Positions 9,884 through 20,158 of a DNA stretch of 64,000 nucleotides are shown here, one piece after another. How positions within the stretch are numbered: position 1 is the stretch's first letter; each line of letters starts with the position of its first letter. The position numbers and the translations under genes are program-made. The notes beneath the pieces were generated by a model, which was not told the origin of the DNA, made no database searches, and saw nothing but the letters and a program-made list of their open reading frames with translations. The DNA lies in the IMG/VR virus record IMGVR_UViG_3300033997_000136, positions 149,151 through 213,150 of that record, one strand, 5' to 3'.

Positions 9884-10297
9884 ATGTCGCAATCCCCCAT
9901 TGTAGTAAGTTTTCATTCGCCGTGTCCAATTGGTAAAAAATTAGACATTGGTTACGCTCGACCATTTACACATAATGGTCATGTGTTTCACTCAATCATT
10001 GGTTACTGCGTCTTTTTAAAGACAGGTGTAGCTGCGTATAAATCACACACAGGACCAGTTCCTATTCGTGAAGCGGCTCAGTTGAATTACAATGCAACTG
10101 TAGGTGTCAATGATTTAGATGATGTGATTAAATCATCTATTCAAACAGATGCTGACTTAGTTGCTGATTTAATTGAAAACAAACAGCGCTCAATTGAATA
10201 CAAAGTATTGTTAGCAAATGGTACTGAAATCGAAACTGCGGAACAACCGTATGGTTGGTACATTGACGCACTTCGACGTGTGATTCAAACGCTATAA
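9884..10297 (+). CDS. NADAR-like (T4 gp30.3-like) protein, degenerate
   Basis: LDIGYARPFTHNGHVFHSIIGYCVFLKTG resembles the LSNF...PF.....F.SVE.....K pattern; GAGG RBS. Confidence 0.4.
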   Translation: MSQSPIVVSFHSPCPIGKKLDIGYARPFTHNGHVFHSIIGYCVFLKTGVAAYKSHTGPVPIREAAQLNYNATVGVNDLDDVIKSSIQTDADLVADLIENKQRSIEYKVLLANGTEIETAEQPYGWYIDALRRVIQTL

Positions 10298-10299
10298 CG

Positions 10300-10321
10300 A
10301 GGTGGGGGTCAAACCCCACCT
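10300..10321 (+). terminator. intrinsic terminator
   Basis: aggtgggg-gtcaaa-ccccacct followed by T-rich tract. Confidence 0.75.
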
Positions 10322-10354
10322 GTTCTATTTTATTTTTTGTTAGGATACTGGACA

Positions 10355-11425
10355 ATGATTAAGATAAGCAAACCTTCAAATTCACTTCCAAGTGATGGTG
10401 GTAAATTAGCACCAACTATGGCGAGCACGGGTCCTAAAGATAAGTTAGAAACAAAAGACATTTATAATGCGGAATACGTTGAGCAGGCTGCTTCTGTTGC
10501 GAAATCTGCATTAGGGTTAGATTCACTATTACCACAACAAGATAAGAACGCAGCGTACAGTGTAGGTGGTTTTGCTGTCAGTGATATCTTAAACAGTGCA
10601 GTCACTGTAGGGACTGAAGTTTATTCAGGAACTGGCAATGGTTCTGTTACAAATCGAATTAAGGATGTAACGGCTGGTGATGCGTACCGACGTTTATCAC
10701 CTGATATGAAAACTGGGTTATTTAACACGCTATTAAGTAGCACAGGTTTAGCGGGTTCTGAAGCAACTGTTATTGTAGATGGTGTGAGCACAGCAATAGC
10801 CACTGAAGATATTGGTAATGTTACAAACCTCATGAGTCTTGTACAAGGACTCACTGGAAGTCTTAGTGGTATCACTTACATGGATATTGGTGCAAAAGTG
10901 GCCTATGCTACTGCTGCGCTTGATTTGATTAATCAATTAGGTATTCCATCGCTTGCTGATAAAATCATCAACAGCATCGATGACAAGCGTGCTCGTGAAG
11001 AGATGATGATATCTCGCGCTACTATGTTTGCGCAATCTGCAGATATAGAAACATTACGAAAGATTATTGACCTCGTTGGGTTAGATGGTCTTCTAGAACG
11101 AGTTCCGCGTCTTATTGAGTTTATTGTTGCTGGGTATTCATTCCCAAATTTAGAAGAAGGACAAGTCGTTGACTATCCAGCGCAGTACAGTCGACTACAT
11201 GACTTTATGCAAATGGTTAATCCTAATTGGAACATGACAACTCGAAACAATACACCAGTTGTTTCGTTTAAGATTTATTCAATGGGAAGTCCTGATTTTA
11301 AAGTGTTGTTTAAACGAGAAGATATTCATGTTGTTCCGTTATTAGCCGCAGAGCAATACCCTGAAGAATCGTTATCTGGTGTTATTCAAAAACATCACCC
11401 CATGATAACACTGTTAAATAATTAA
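10355..11425 (+). CDS. probable virion structural protein
   Basis: ~356-aa ORF adjacent to tail genes; S/T/G-rich N-terminal half. Confidence 0.5.
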   Translation: MIKISKPSNSLPSDGGKLAPTMASTGPKDKLETKDIYNAEYVEQAASVAKSALGLDSLLPQQDKNAAYSVGGFAVSDILNSAVTVGTEVYSGTGNGSVTNRIKDVTAGDAYRRLSPDMKTGLFNTLLSSTGLAGSEATVIVDGVSTAIATEDIGNVTNLMSLVQGLTGSLSGITYMDIGAKVAYATAALDLINQLGIPSLADKIINSIDDKRAREEMMISRATMFAQSADIETLRKIIDLVGLDGLLERVPRLIEFIVAGYSFPNLEEGQVVDYPAQYSRLHDFMQMVNPNWNMTTRNNTPVVSFKIYSMGSPDFKVLFKREDIHVVPLLAAEQYPEESLSGVIQKHHPMITLLNN

Positions 11426-11437
11426 AAGACATAGAAG

Positions 11438-11467
11438 AGACTAGAGAGGGGAAACCCTCTCTAGTCT
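11438..11467. terminator. bidirectional intrinsic terminator
   Basis: agactagagaggg-gaaa-ccctctctagtct between convergent genes. Confidence 0.85.
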
Positions 11468-11481
11468 TCTTTATTTTTTGT

Positions 11482-13431
11482 TTATGGTCTATCTGTTGAA
11501 CGAGATAATGCAGAGACAACTTGTCCCGGTACAGTACCGTTCCACACAGCAGCCCAACGTGCTGGACTTTTCCATTCCTGAAAGGCTTGTATTTTACGAG
11601 TCAAGTTAATCTTAACACGTGACCATGATTCGATTTGTTCAACCATGGACATACTACCAAGTACAGCGATGTAATCGTTAAAGGTATTATCGTGGTCAAA
11701 GATACCCGGTGAAGCATTGATTGGCATAGCAAGTGACGTAGACAAAGAGGCTATTTCAAAACTAATATCAATACCCAGTGGTTGTTGCTCGCGAGTCCAC
11801 CCTACATTACCTACACCGCGTCTAAAGTTAGCATTCTTTAAAAGACCTAAGCGTGTTTGCGCACGACCTTTGTCATAAAGTTCTAACAAGAACGGAGAGT
11901 CGTATGCTGCCTTACCTACACTCTTTGGGAGTGCAAGAGCTAACACACATGAGACGGGTAACCACAAGTTTAACACACGACTTAACGGGTCACCTGACCA
12001 TGAACGACATTCCATGGTGTATGACATCGTTGGTAGCTGTGCAAACGAATCAGCCCACATCTCTGGAATATCCACAAACGCAGCACCTGCTAACGCACGT
12101 AATCCAGATACGTTGAATGAATCCATCACACCAAAGGCAAAGTCTTTTACACTGTTGACACTGGCTTCTAACGTGGATGCAACTGGACCATCACCAATGT
12201 TACCCCCTGACAAGTCAAACATCTTACTACGCATATCCGCAGATGTACCATTGATACTTTGCTTTAACGCAGACTCTTGACTTGTACTTCCAAACGATTC
12301 ATCTGCAGTCCCTGTATGGTTTACTCGAAGTGTTAAGAACTGACCACCATCCCGAGCTTCTGCAATCGCAAAGTCAACAAAGCTACTAAACCATGAACCT
12401 GCTTTTTCCACAGGGTCAGTGACTGAGTAATCTGGTTTAGCTGCATCGGTTTTCTCCCATGCTGCAAGATAAGCATCAAGTGATGCTTTACCACCAAACG
12501 CACCACCTGGGTCAGTGACTTTCTCTTTTGCGTATTCTGCCATTTTACCACGAAGGTCAGCGAGTGAACCACCGGTAGATGCAGCTTCTATTGCACGACG
12601 ACGAGATACGTCTGCCATACGTTGTGCTCGGTTCGATAAAGCATACGCATCGATACCACCACCGGGTTGGAAGATGTCTGGGAAATACTTGTGATAGATA
12701 GCTAAATCACCAGACGTTGGGTTGGAACTTGGGTCTGGGTTTAAGTTACCTGAGTTGTATGTTTTTACTTTATCATCAAGTTTCTGACCTGTAGCTGCGT
12801 TAGCATCGGTTGAGAATACCCGAGGAATAAAGCCCATTGTTACCAAGATACCGTTTAAGATGGTATTGACCGATTGCCAGTACAAAGGCATCGTTGGTTT
12901 TAAATAGTAAAACTGACCTGATGGTTGGTCGGTTAAAAAACGATACGCTTGTCCAATTAAAATAATAGGTGCTAGTGGTAATGTCACTACAAAACCAGTG
13001 GCACGACCTAGGTAATAGAAGAACCCAGGTGCTCTACCTGTCTTAGACAGGATGGCTGCTTTACCATCAAAGAATCCAGTAAAGAACGTAGTGATTGAGT
13101 TAAATTGCGCAACACCAGCACGAATATGAATCAGTTGACTATTGTCTGCTATCGTGGTCGCATACTTACGACCTACCCCATTGGACGTTAAACTCCGTGA
13201 TTGTACTTGTTGGTCACGAGGTGATGCAAATTTAGAAGACACTCGTAAATCAGCAGTACGCGGCAATTGGGGTGGTGGGTTAATTTCAAAGCTACCACCA
13301 GGAGATGTATCTGTGAAGCGAAGATTCGCATCAGTAAAAAGACGGTTCCTTGCATCAAGTAAGTTACCTGCATGTTTAGGTAACAAGAAGGCAGTTTGTG
13401 CCCATTTGTCATCGGTGACAGGACGAGCCAT
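11482..13431 (-). CDS. virion tail/baseplate structural protein (phiKZ gp182-like)
   Basis: Start reassigned to MARPVTDDKW at 13431 (AAGGAG RBS, terminator upstream); FTDTSPGGSFEINPPPQ motif; directly follows gp181-like gene. Confidence 0.7.
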   Translation of the reverse strand: MARPVTDDKWAQTAFLLPKHAGNLLDARNRLFTDANLRFTDTSPGGSFEINPPPQLPRTADLRVSSKFASPRDQQVQSRSLTSNGVGRKYATTIADNSQLIHIRAGVAQFNSITTFFTGFFDGKAAILSKTGRAPGFFYYLGRATGFVVTLPLAPIILIGQAYRFLTDQPSGQFYYLKPTMPLYWQSVNTILNGILVTMGFIPRVFSTDANAATGQKLDDKVKTYNSGNLNPDPSSNPTSGDLAIYHKYFPDIFQPGGGIDAYALSNRAQRMADVSRRRAIEAASTGGSLADLRGKMAEYAKEKVTDPGGAFGGKASLDAYLAAWEKTDAAKPDYSVTDPVEKAGSWFSSFVDFAIAEARDGGQFLTLRVNHTGTADESFGSTSQESALKQSINGTSADMRSKMFDLSGGNIGDGPVASTLEASVNSVKDFAFGVMDSFNVSGLRALAGAAFVDIPEMWADSFAQLPTMSYTMECRSWSGDPLSRVLNLWLPVSCVLALALPKSVGKAAYDSPFLLELYDKGRAQTRLGLLKNANFRRGVGNVGWTREQQPLGIDISFEIASLSTSLAMPINASPGIFDHDNTFNDYIAVLGSMSMVEQIESWSRVKINLTRKIQAFQEWKSPARWAAVWNGTVPGQVVSALSRSTDRP

Positions 13432-13469
13432 AAAAAACTCCTTTACTAACAAACTAACAAAAAGAGAAA

Positions 13470-13489
13470 GGGAGTGGTTACCCACTCCC
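13470..13489 (-). terminator. intrinsic terminator after tape-measure gene
   Basis: gggagtgg-ttac-ccactccc with minus-strand T tract. Confidence 0.7.
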
Positions 13490-13495
13490 ATCTCT

Positions 13496-16400
13496 TCATC
13501 TATCAAGTGCCAACGTTGTAGGTGGTCTACTTGGTCCACTACTCTTCGGAGCAGACTCTCGCATCTGTTCGGTTTTACGAACAGTGTTTTGAACTGCTTT
13601 ATTAACCTGTCCTTCTGGAACAGGTGCAGCATTGCTTACATTCCCTGAACGTTTACTAATGGACTCAGCAGCCGCTTCAGGGTCTAACAATAACTCACGA
13701 ATATCGCGAAGACTTCTATCCATAGACGTCTGTAGCAATACTTGAGTCGTGAGTATTTCAGCAATGTGTCGCATACTGCTTGTGGTTTGATTGGAACGAG
13801 CCGTGTTTGCTGTTTGTGTCTGTACAGACGACATTGCTACACGTTGTTGCTCTTTCTCAATTTCCCCTTGCAATTGGGAATCACTCATACTGGATGCGTT
13901 CATACCAAGTGTCATTGCAGAGAGTGAACCAGCACCTACACCAGGAATCGGATTCACTGGTGTACTTCCCACCATTTTCACAGAGTCCATCGATTCATTC
14001 TCTGGAACTGTAGTTTCTTTTGGTGGTGCCATCATCAGCATCGGTGGAACTGTTGCTGCACCTAACGTCCGTGTTTGTGGTGTAAATGATGGTGTAGGTT
14101 GTGGTGCATTTAAACTAGGTACACTACGGTTAAACGGATACAACAACGGAGCAGGTGCTGACGTCATTGATTTGACCGTTTGTTTTTGAGGTGTTGTATT
14201 TGCTAACGATTTCTCAGAACCAATCAATGATGTTTTCAATGATTTTTCCATGTTCTGTACATCACCAATTCCTTTGGTTAACGTTTGACGTTCCATATCT
14301 ACAAATGGTGATGTTAATTCGCTATACGCAGATTTTAAATGCGTACTGTCAGCAACTTTTAAGAAGAACCGTTTCTTGTCTTCTTCAGATAAATCATCAT
14401 CTAAATCGTCTAAATCAGCTGACTTGTCAATCTGATTCAAAACAGTAAGATGTGTTAAGTACACTGGTTTAAAGCGGGTTTCAAACCACTTTGCAAATCT
14501 ATCAACATGTTGTGCGTTATCTGGTTGGATACCACACGTTTCAATGATGTCATTTAAATCGTCATCATCTAACCGCGATAAGTTTGCTTGACCTGTGTCT
14601 TTATCGTAATACACATAATCCTCTAACGTAGATTCAATAGAGTTGATACGACGAACCATATCTCCATCTGTTGAATCAATACCGTATTGCGTTAAACGAT
14701 ACGTATGTAAGTCACCATTAGGTTTCCCATCAAAGTACCGCCACAACGCATACCCACCTGCTGCTGTCGCTGCGACTGCTAACCCTGGGAGTAATAGTGG
14801 AGATGCAATCACTGCACCAATAGCTGCTGCACCCGTACTGGCTGCCGCTGCCGCACCACTTGCTAACGCACTTCCAGCAGTGACTGCCAACGGAGCTGCT
14901 GCTAACGCAAGACGACCTGCTCCCGCAGCTAAACCTCCAGCACCTCTGGCTAAACTACCCGCACCTCGCGCTAAGCTTCCAGCTCCGCGTTTAAGTGCTC
15001 CACCTGCACGTCGTATTCTACCCGGTTTCTTTTGTGGAGTAGTAGGACTTGTTGTTGGTCCGCGATTACGTCCGTCCATATCGATATCAATCTCAGGAAC
15101 AAATCCGTCACCACCACCGCCAAACATATCACCCAATCCACCCAATATACCTTTCCCTTCACCCAATCCAAACAATGCAGCTAAACCACCCCCTAATTTC
15201 CCTAGAAGTGATTTTGACTTATCATGTCCTTTATGGTCTTTCATTTTACGACGCGCTTCATCGTCTTCGTTTTTCCGTTTGCTAAAGATATCTTGCCAAC
15301 TTCCTTTACGAATTCGATTTGGTTTTGGGATACGGTCATTTAACAATGCATAGATTTTATTCAATACATCATTTGACTTTCCAACACCAGTGGCAGTTTG
15401 TTGTTCAAACTGAGCTTCCACAGACGCTTCAGGAGGCAAACCAAGTGCACCCCGTACTGCACGCTTCCCTATTCGGAATCCGCCACCTAAGACCGTTCCA
15501 GCGGCTTTAAACGCAGTTGAATAGACAGACTTCACTAACCCCACAGTTTTTGTTGCAGCAGACTTCAAGAAACCACCTAGGGCTTTAAATTTACGACCAT
15601 CGGGTCCAATCAACCCTTTCTTTAAATCTTCCACACTAATCACTACATTTCCTTCATTGTCAATAACCTCACCTTTAATGTCTCGGATGGTTTTAATGAC
15701 ATCTCCAGAAACTTTATCTCTGTAAAGACCTCGTTCCATAAGTATCTTTAAAAGACGTGGTGTCTCTTCACCTTTTACGTAGACATCGGTTGGTCGATTA
15801 ACAACACCAAATATGCGCTCTTTTGCAAACGTAAACACACTACGTCCTGCTTTAAACAACGCACCGTATCCTGTCGCAGCAAAACGCCCATAGGCAAATG
15901 CAGCACTTCGAATACCCTGTCCTATTTTCACACCAATCGGCTCACCCGTTGGTGCAATCAATCTATTCTGTTCAATGTCCTCTAGTTTAATAACCAGATT
16001 ACCTTCTTTGTCGTAGACTGGACCTTTGATATCGTCAAATGAATGAATAGGTTTACCATCAGCATCAACAAACTCACCTTCCTTTAATTGCTTAGCTGTA
16101 ATAACTGGTTCCTGTTCACCTTTTAGATAAATATCGCTGACTGCTCGTGATTTACCTAATAATCCTAAACCAATGTTACGGGCACCACTTAAACCAGCAC
16201 CTGCGGCTTTTACACCTAACTTAGCACTGAGTAATGCACCTTTGCCTGCAAGTTTAAATGTTGCTGCATACGCTTTCCCTGTGAATCTCAAAAGACCCAT
16301 GGTTCCACGTTTTGCAAGACCTACACCTTTACCCGCTAATTCACCTGCTGCACCAAAGTTTCTACGAACAAACCCTGATTCATTGGCTGCAAGTGCACCA

Positions 16401-19400
16401 CCCACACCAGCTACACCGCCTGCTAAAATAGCTTGTGTGTTTTCGGCTGTGGCTTCTTTTAAGTATGTAACTTCCTCACGAAGTGCTTCAAGTGCTTGAG
16501 TTAATGTATCAGTCGGTGGAGTTGTACCTCCTAGTGAAGTTCCCACAACAGGAGCCTCTCCTGTGCGCACACCATCAAACCACGATTTTACAGACTCAAA
16601 GCCCTGTAACATAGATGTATGAATACTGTTTGCTTTCGCTGCAGCATCAAATTCACCCAGTTGACTTTTTATCCGTTCTATCAACGATGCTTTTACAAGC
16701 TGTTCATCATTAGACGCTTCTTTGTTTGGGTCTACACCAAAGAGTTCTTTTAACCGAACACCAATCTGGGTATCTTCAAACTTACCGCGTTGTGATTTTA
16801 ACTCTTCTAACACTCTATCAATTTCAGACACAAAAGAATCTGACAATTGATTAAACGACACACTGTCATCACCAGATATACGTTTGTATTGTGCATCAAA
16901 CGAATCGCGTAACGTTAGTGCTTGGTCATCCAATTTACGCCACAGTTCATCCTTTAATTCAATGATGTTTTGTTTTGAAGACTGTACACTAAAATCACCT
17001 TTCTCATCTTTAAATGTTCCGGTAAGTTTAGACCACTTATCTTCAATACCAGCACGTGTATCGCGTGCAATTCCTTCAACAAACATCGCTGTTCCATGTT
17101 CCTTACCAAACACGCTGATAAGGGACTGAAGTTCTTTTTCCTTTTCCTTTAACGAATCAGGTAATTCAAACTTAGGAAGTTTGTCTTTAAATTCATTGAA
17201 CATTCCTTTTACAGAATCTAACTTCTCATCAAGAGCATAGTCTTTTCTGAGCGAATCAAACTTGTTTGTCAAGTCAAATTTATCGTCAGCTTTGGCGTAC
17301 CATGTTGAAAGTGTTGAACCAATTGAATCTTTTACTTGAGACCCTTTTGATTGAATCACATCCAGTGCATTGTATCCATTGCGTTTTGCATCATCCAAAA
17401 TTAATTCAGCAGCGGCTTTAGGACCGTATGCATCTACTAATTCTTTATACACAGTAATCTTTTCAGTTATCTGTGTAGTGACACTACCGACTTTCTCTTT
17501 CACTTGAGTAGGCACATACTCTTGCACTTTACTCACACCTGATGCAAGTGCTGATTTTCCTTTTCGCATGGCGTCGTCAGCTAAAAGCTCTAACGCACCT
17601 TGATGACCATAGTCCTTTGCTAACTCGTCATATAACGCTTTCTGCTCTTTTGTAAAAGCAGCAAGATTGTCAAACTGTTTGGTCATTGCATCTTTGATTG
17701 TTGTCACCTGCGATGATAGTGTTGACATCACAGATGGACCACCATCTGGTCCTGGCGGTGGGCTTTGTGGTCCTGACCCCGGTCCTGTTGGTGGTGTAGG
17801 TGGAGGTTTACCCCATCCATTTAAAATGGTGTAGATTTCTTCTAACCACAAATTAGACATGTCCACACGACCAGATAACCCCTCTACACCTTCTAGGTAT
17901 TGATTGGCAACTGAGAGCTGCATGTTCATACTGTCTAATCGCGACCCTAATCCACTTAAATCAAATTGAGATTGATTCACGGGTTGTTGTGGTACAGCAT
18001 CAAGAGGTTGTTGTCTAGCAGGAACTAACGCACTTGGGCGCGGAGCGTAACGTTTGTCATCAATCACATAATCAGAAAATGCTGAGCGATTTAACAACGA
18101 ACGACCATCTCGCCCTTCGTTCAATATACCAAGGTCCTTTAAAAGACTTGTTCCATAAAACGGCGTTTGTAGTGCAGCAGCACGTTGTACGTTTGGTACA
18201 TCCTCAATAATCCGTTTATAGTCATTCGCAAGTTTATTACGAAGTGTTTTAACGGATGCGTCTTTCTTGACTTTATCACCATCCATAAAACGGGTAGCTA
18301 TAGCAGAGATAATTTCTTGACGGTACTCTTGTGCCACATTGTCCAACCGGTCTGGTTGTAAATAGCGGTCTAATGAGAAACCATATCCCTGCGCCATATC
18401 GCTGATAAACTGTTTCCCTAATTCACTGCGTGCTTTAGGAGATAACAATGTACCTGATGGGTCTAATTGGTCAATCAGCGCATTAATGCTTTCACGAACA
18501 TTCTTCAGTTTTTCAGCAGGAAGAATCTCTTCCATGATGTCAGCTTTTACTACGTCTGAGCGAGTAAACTCGTCACGGTTAAAGTTGAACTGAAGTTTCT
18601 TAACCGTATCATCGCCAGTTAACATCCGTTCATTCACATGAAGGATTTCAGTTAAAAGACCAGGAATGATTTGTGTGATTGCTTTATCTGCTAATGCATT
18701 GTACGTGAAGTTCTCTTCAAGTAACTTTTCTTTACTAAGACCTACCGTGTCAACGCGCTTCATTTGAGGTGCAACTTCAAGCAAGGTATCCGCAATTACA
18801 CCCAATGCTTTGTTTGCAACACTTCCTGTGTTGCGTTTAAACTTCTCAGCAATGCTTCGTTCAATTGGACGACCATCTTCGTCTACGTCATCCTCAGCGG
18901 TTGTGATGCCAATGCTTCTGTCGCCGTATTTACCCGATAGCTGTTCAAGCTTTTCGCGTATTAACGTAGGTGCGTTCTTAACCGCATATTCAGCATCAGC
19001 GCCGACGCCCATGATACTGTTGTTTCCAGTAGTCAAAGGTCGAATAAACTTAGCTAATATTTCACCTGTTTTTTGCGTAAGAAAACCACCAGCTACACTG
19101 CCTACAGTTTCTTTTGCGTCAACACCACTTTCACCGGCTAATTCAATAGCATCTGCAACATCTGTTACGTTGCTTGCAAATCCTTTTGCTTTTTCACCCA
19201 CTGCTTTTAAGATGTTTTTCTTAAAGTTAGGAAGGTAGTCGTTTAAAAATTCAGCCGCATCTTGTTGCAAATCACCGATGATACGTTCACGCAACATCAT
19301 CGCAGACGTTTCTCCTAAACGCATCTTCACAAAGTCAGGCAATCCTGTATTCTTTGTAATAGAAGCAAGAGCGTCTTTAGCGATAACTTTGTAGTCTTTA

Positions 19401-20104
19401 AATTCAGACAACAAGTCTTGTTGAGTAAACAATGAACGGTATTGAAGTTCAAGATGTTTACGTTGATAACCTGTTAACACCGTGTTTTGGAATGCAACTA
19501 CTTTTTCACCAGAACGACGAATTACATCCAATAAACCAATTGTGTTATGATGACGTTTATCTTCAATAACCTCTGCGGCAAGATCACGTTGTTCTTGGTC
19601 ACTTGCAAGGTATTGTTGATGTTCCATTTGGGTTTTGAAGATGTCATTTAACTGACTGTCAATTTCCATTTGCTGCCAATCCATTTTAGCAGCATCAACA
19701 TCATCCGTACTTTCTGAAAACGATTTTAAACGTTTGCTGATACCCTCCGGTAAAATACTATCTACAGCAGGGAGTAATCGTTTGGTTATTTTCCGAAAAG
19801 CGCGACGGGCTGGCGCAAGCTCCCTCGCTGTCGTATCGTATAGGTCTCGACCAAACTCGATGCCGTCAGAGACTCCGTCGTACGCGACGGAGTAACTTTC
19901 AGGCAATGATTCTTTTACGAGTTTACGACGAAATTCTGGAGACACTACAGTGTCTTTTGCACCCTGTACAGCGCCACGTTTAATTGCTTCTACAGGGTTA
20001 CGGTCTTTCTTTTTACCACCTGAATCTAACTCAGGTAAAAATTCATCACCGCCAAAGTCAAGATCGTCTAGATCAAAACTATCTAAATCGATATCTTTAG
20101 CCAT
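13496..20104 (-). CDS. tail tape-measure-like protein (phiKZ gp181-like)
   Basis: 2202 aa, helical and G/A-rich; YQRKHLELQYR, NTGLPDFVKM, IIPGLL, DxYxKGE repeats, WFETRFKPVY; divergent from the vRNAP beta' gene as in phiKZ. Confidence 0.8.
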   Translation of the reverse strand: MAKDIDLDSFDLDDLDFGGDEFLPELDSGGKKKDRNPVEAIKRGAVQGAKDTVVSPEFRRKLVKESLPESYSVAYDGVSDGIEFGRDLYDTTARELAPARRAFRKITKRLLPAVDSILPEGISKRLKSFSESTDDVDAAKMDWQQMEIDSQLNDIFKTQMEHQQYLASDQEQRDLAAEVIEDKRHHNTIGLLDVIRRSGEKVVAFQNTVLTGYQRKHLELQYRSLFTQQDLLSEFKDYKVIAKDALASITKNTGLPDFVKMRLGETSAMMLRERIIGDLQQDAAEFLNDYLPNFKKNILKAVGEKAKGFASNVTDVADAIELAGESGVDAKETVGSVAGGFLTQKTGEILAKFIRPLTTGNNSIMGVGADAEYAVKNAPTLIREKLEQLSGKYGDRSIGITTAEDDVDEDGRPIERSIAEKFKRNTGSVANKALGVIADTLLEVAPQMKRVDTVGLSKEKLLEENFTYNALADKAITQIIPGLLTEILHVNERMLTGDDTVKKLQFNFNRDEFTRSDVVKADIMEEILPAEKLKNVRESINALIDQLDPSGTLLSPKARSELGKQFISDMAQGYGFSLDRYLQPDRLDNVAQEYRQEIISAIATRFMDGDKVKKDASVKTLRNKLANDYKRIIEDVPNVQRAAALQTPFYGTSLLKDLGILNEGRDGRSLLNRSAFSDYVIDDKRYAPRPSALVPARQQPLDAVPQQPVNQSQFDLSGLGSRLDSMNMQLSVANQYLEGVEGLSGRVDMSNLWLEEIYTILNGWGKPPPTPPTGPGSGPQSPPPGPDGGPSVMSTLSSQVTTIKDAMTKQFDNLAAFTKEQKALYDELAKDYGHQGALELLADDAMRKGKSALASGVSKVQEYVPTQVKEKVGSVTTQITEKITVYKELVDAYGPKAAAELILDDAKRNGYNALDVIQSKGSQVKDSIGSTLSTWYAKADDKFDLTNKFDSLRKDYALDEKLDSVKGMFNEFKDKLPKFELPDSLKEKEKELQSLISVFGKEHGTAMFVEGIARDTRAGIEDKWSKLTGTFKDEKGDFSVQSSKQNIIELKDELWRKLDDQALTLRDSFDAQYKRISGDDSVSFNQLSDSFVSEIDRVLEELKSQRGKFEDTQIGVRLKELFGVDPNKEASNDEQLVKASLIERIKSQLGEFDAAAKANSIHTSMLQGFESVKSWFDGVRTGEAPVVGTSLGGTTPPTDTLTQALEALREEVTYLKEATAENTQAILAGGVAGVGGALAANESGFVRRNFGAAGELAGKGVGLAKRGTMGLLRFTGKAYAATFKLAGKGALLSAKLGVKAAGAGLSGARNIGLGLLGKSRAVSDIYLKGEQEPVITAKQLKEGEFVDADGKPIHSFDDIKGPVYDKEGNLVIKLEDIEQNRLIAPTGEPIGVKIGQGIRSAAFAYGRFAATGYGALFKAGRSVFTFAKERIFGVVNRPTDVYVKGEETPRLLKILMERGLYRDKVSGDVIKTIRDIKGEVIDNEGNVVISVEDLKKGLIGPDGRKFKALGGFLKSAATKTVGLVKSVYSTAFKAAGTVLGGGFRIGKRAVRGALGLPPEASVEAQFEQQTATGVGKSNDVLNKIYALLNDRIPKPNRIRKGSWQDIFSKRKNEDDEARRKMKDHKGHDKSKSLLGKLGGGLAALFGLGEGKGILGGLGDMFGGGGDGFVPEIDIDMDGRNRGPTTSPTTPQKKPGRIRRAGGALKRGAGSLARGAGSLARGAGGLAAGAGRLALAAAPLAVTAGSALASGAAAAASTGAAAIGAVIASPLLLPGLAVAATAAGGYALWRYFDGKPNGDLHTYRLTQYGIDSTDGDMVRRINSIESTLEDYVYYDKDTGQANLSRLDDDDLNDIIETCGIQPDNAQHVDRFAKWFETRFKPVYLTHLTVLNQIDKSADLDDLDDDLSEEDKKRFFLKVADSTHLKSAYSELTSPFVDMERQTLTKGIGDVQNMEKSLKTSLIGSEKSLANTTPQKQTVKSMTSAPAPLLYPFNRSVPSLNAPQPTPSFTPQTRTLGAATVPPMLMMAPPKETTVPENESMDSVKMVGSTPVNPIPGVGAGSLSAMTLGMNASSMSDSQLQGEIEKEQQRVAMSSVQTQTANTARSNQTTSSMRHIAEILTTQVLLQTSMDRSLRDIRELLLDPEAAAESISKRSGNVSNAAPVPEGQVNKAVQNTVRKTEQMRESAPKSSGPSRPPTTLALDR

Positions 20105-20158
20105 AAAAAGCTCCTGAGGATAGTCTTTGGGTTGTCATAAGAAAAGAGGTATTTCACG

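Noticed and set aside
13432-13632. N-terminal 67 aa of the 716-aa ORF
   Set aside because: Overlaps the tape-measure gene end and its terminator; a good RBS precedes ATG 13431
14643-15353. 236-aa Pro/Ala-rich plus-strand ORF (also 16173, 18810, 13142, 13791)
   Set aside because: Antisense shadow of the Gly/Ala-rich tape-measure and gp182-like genes; no RBS or independent signals
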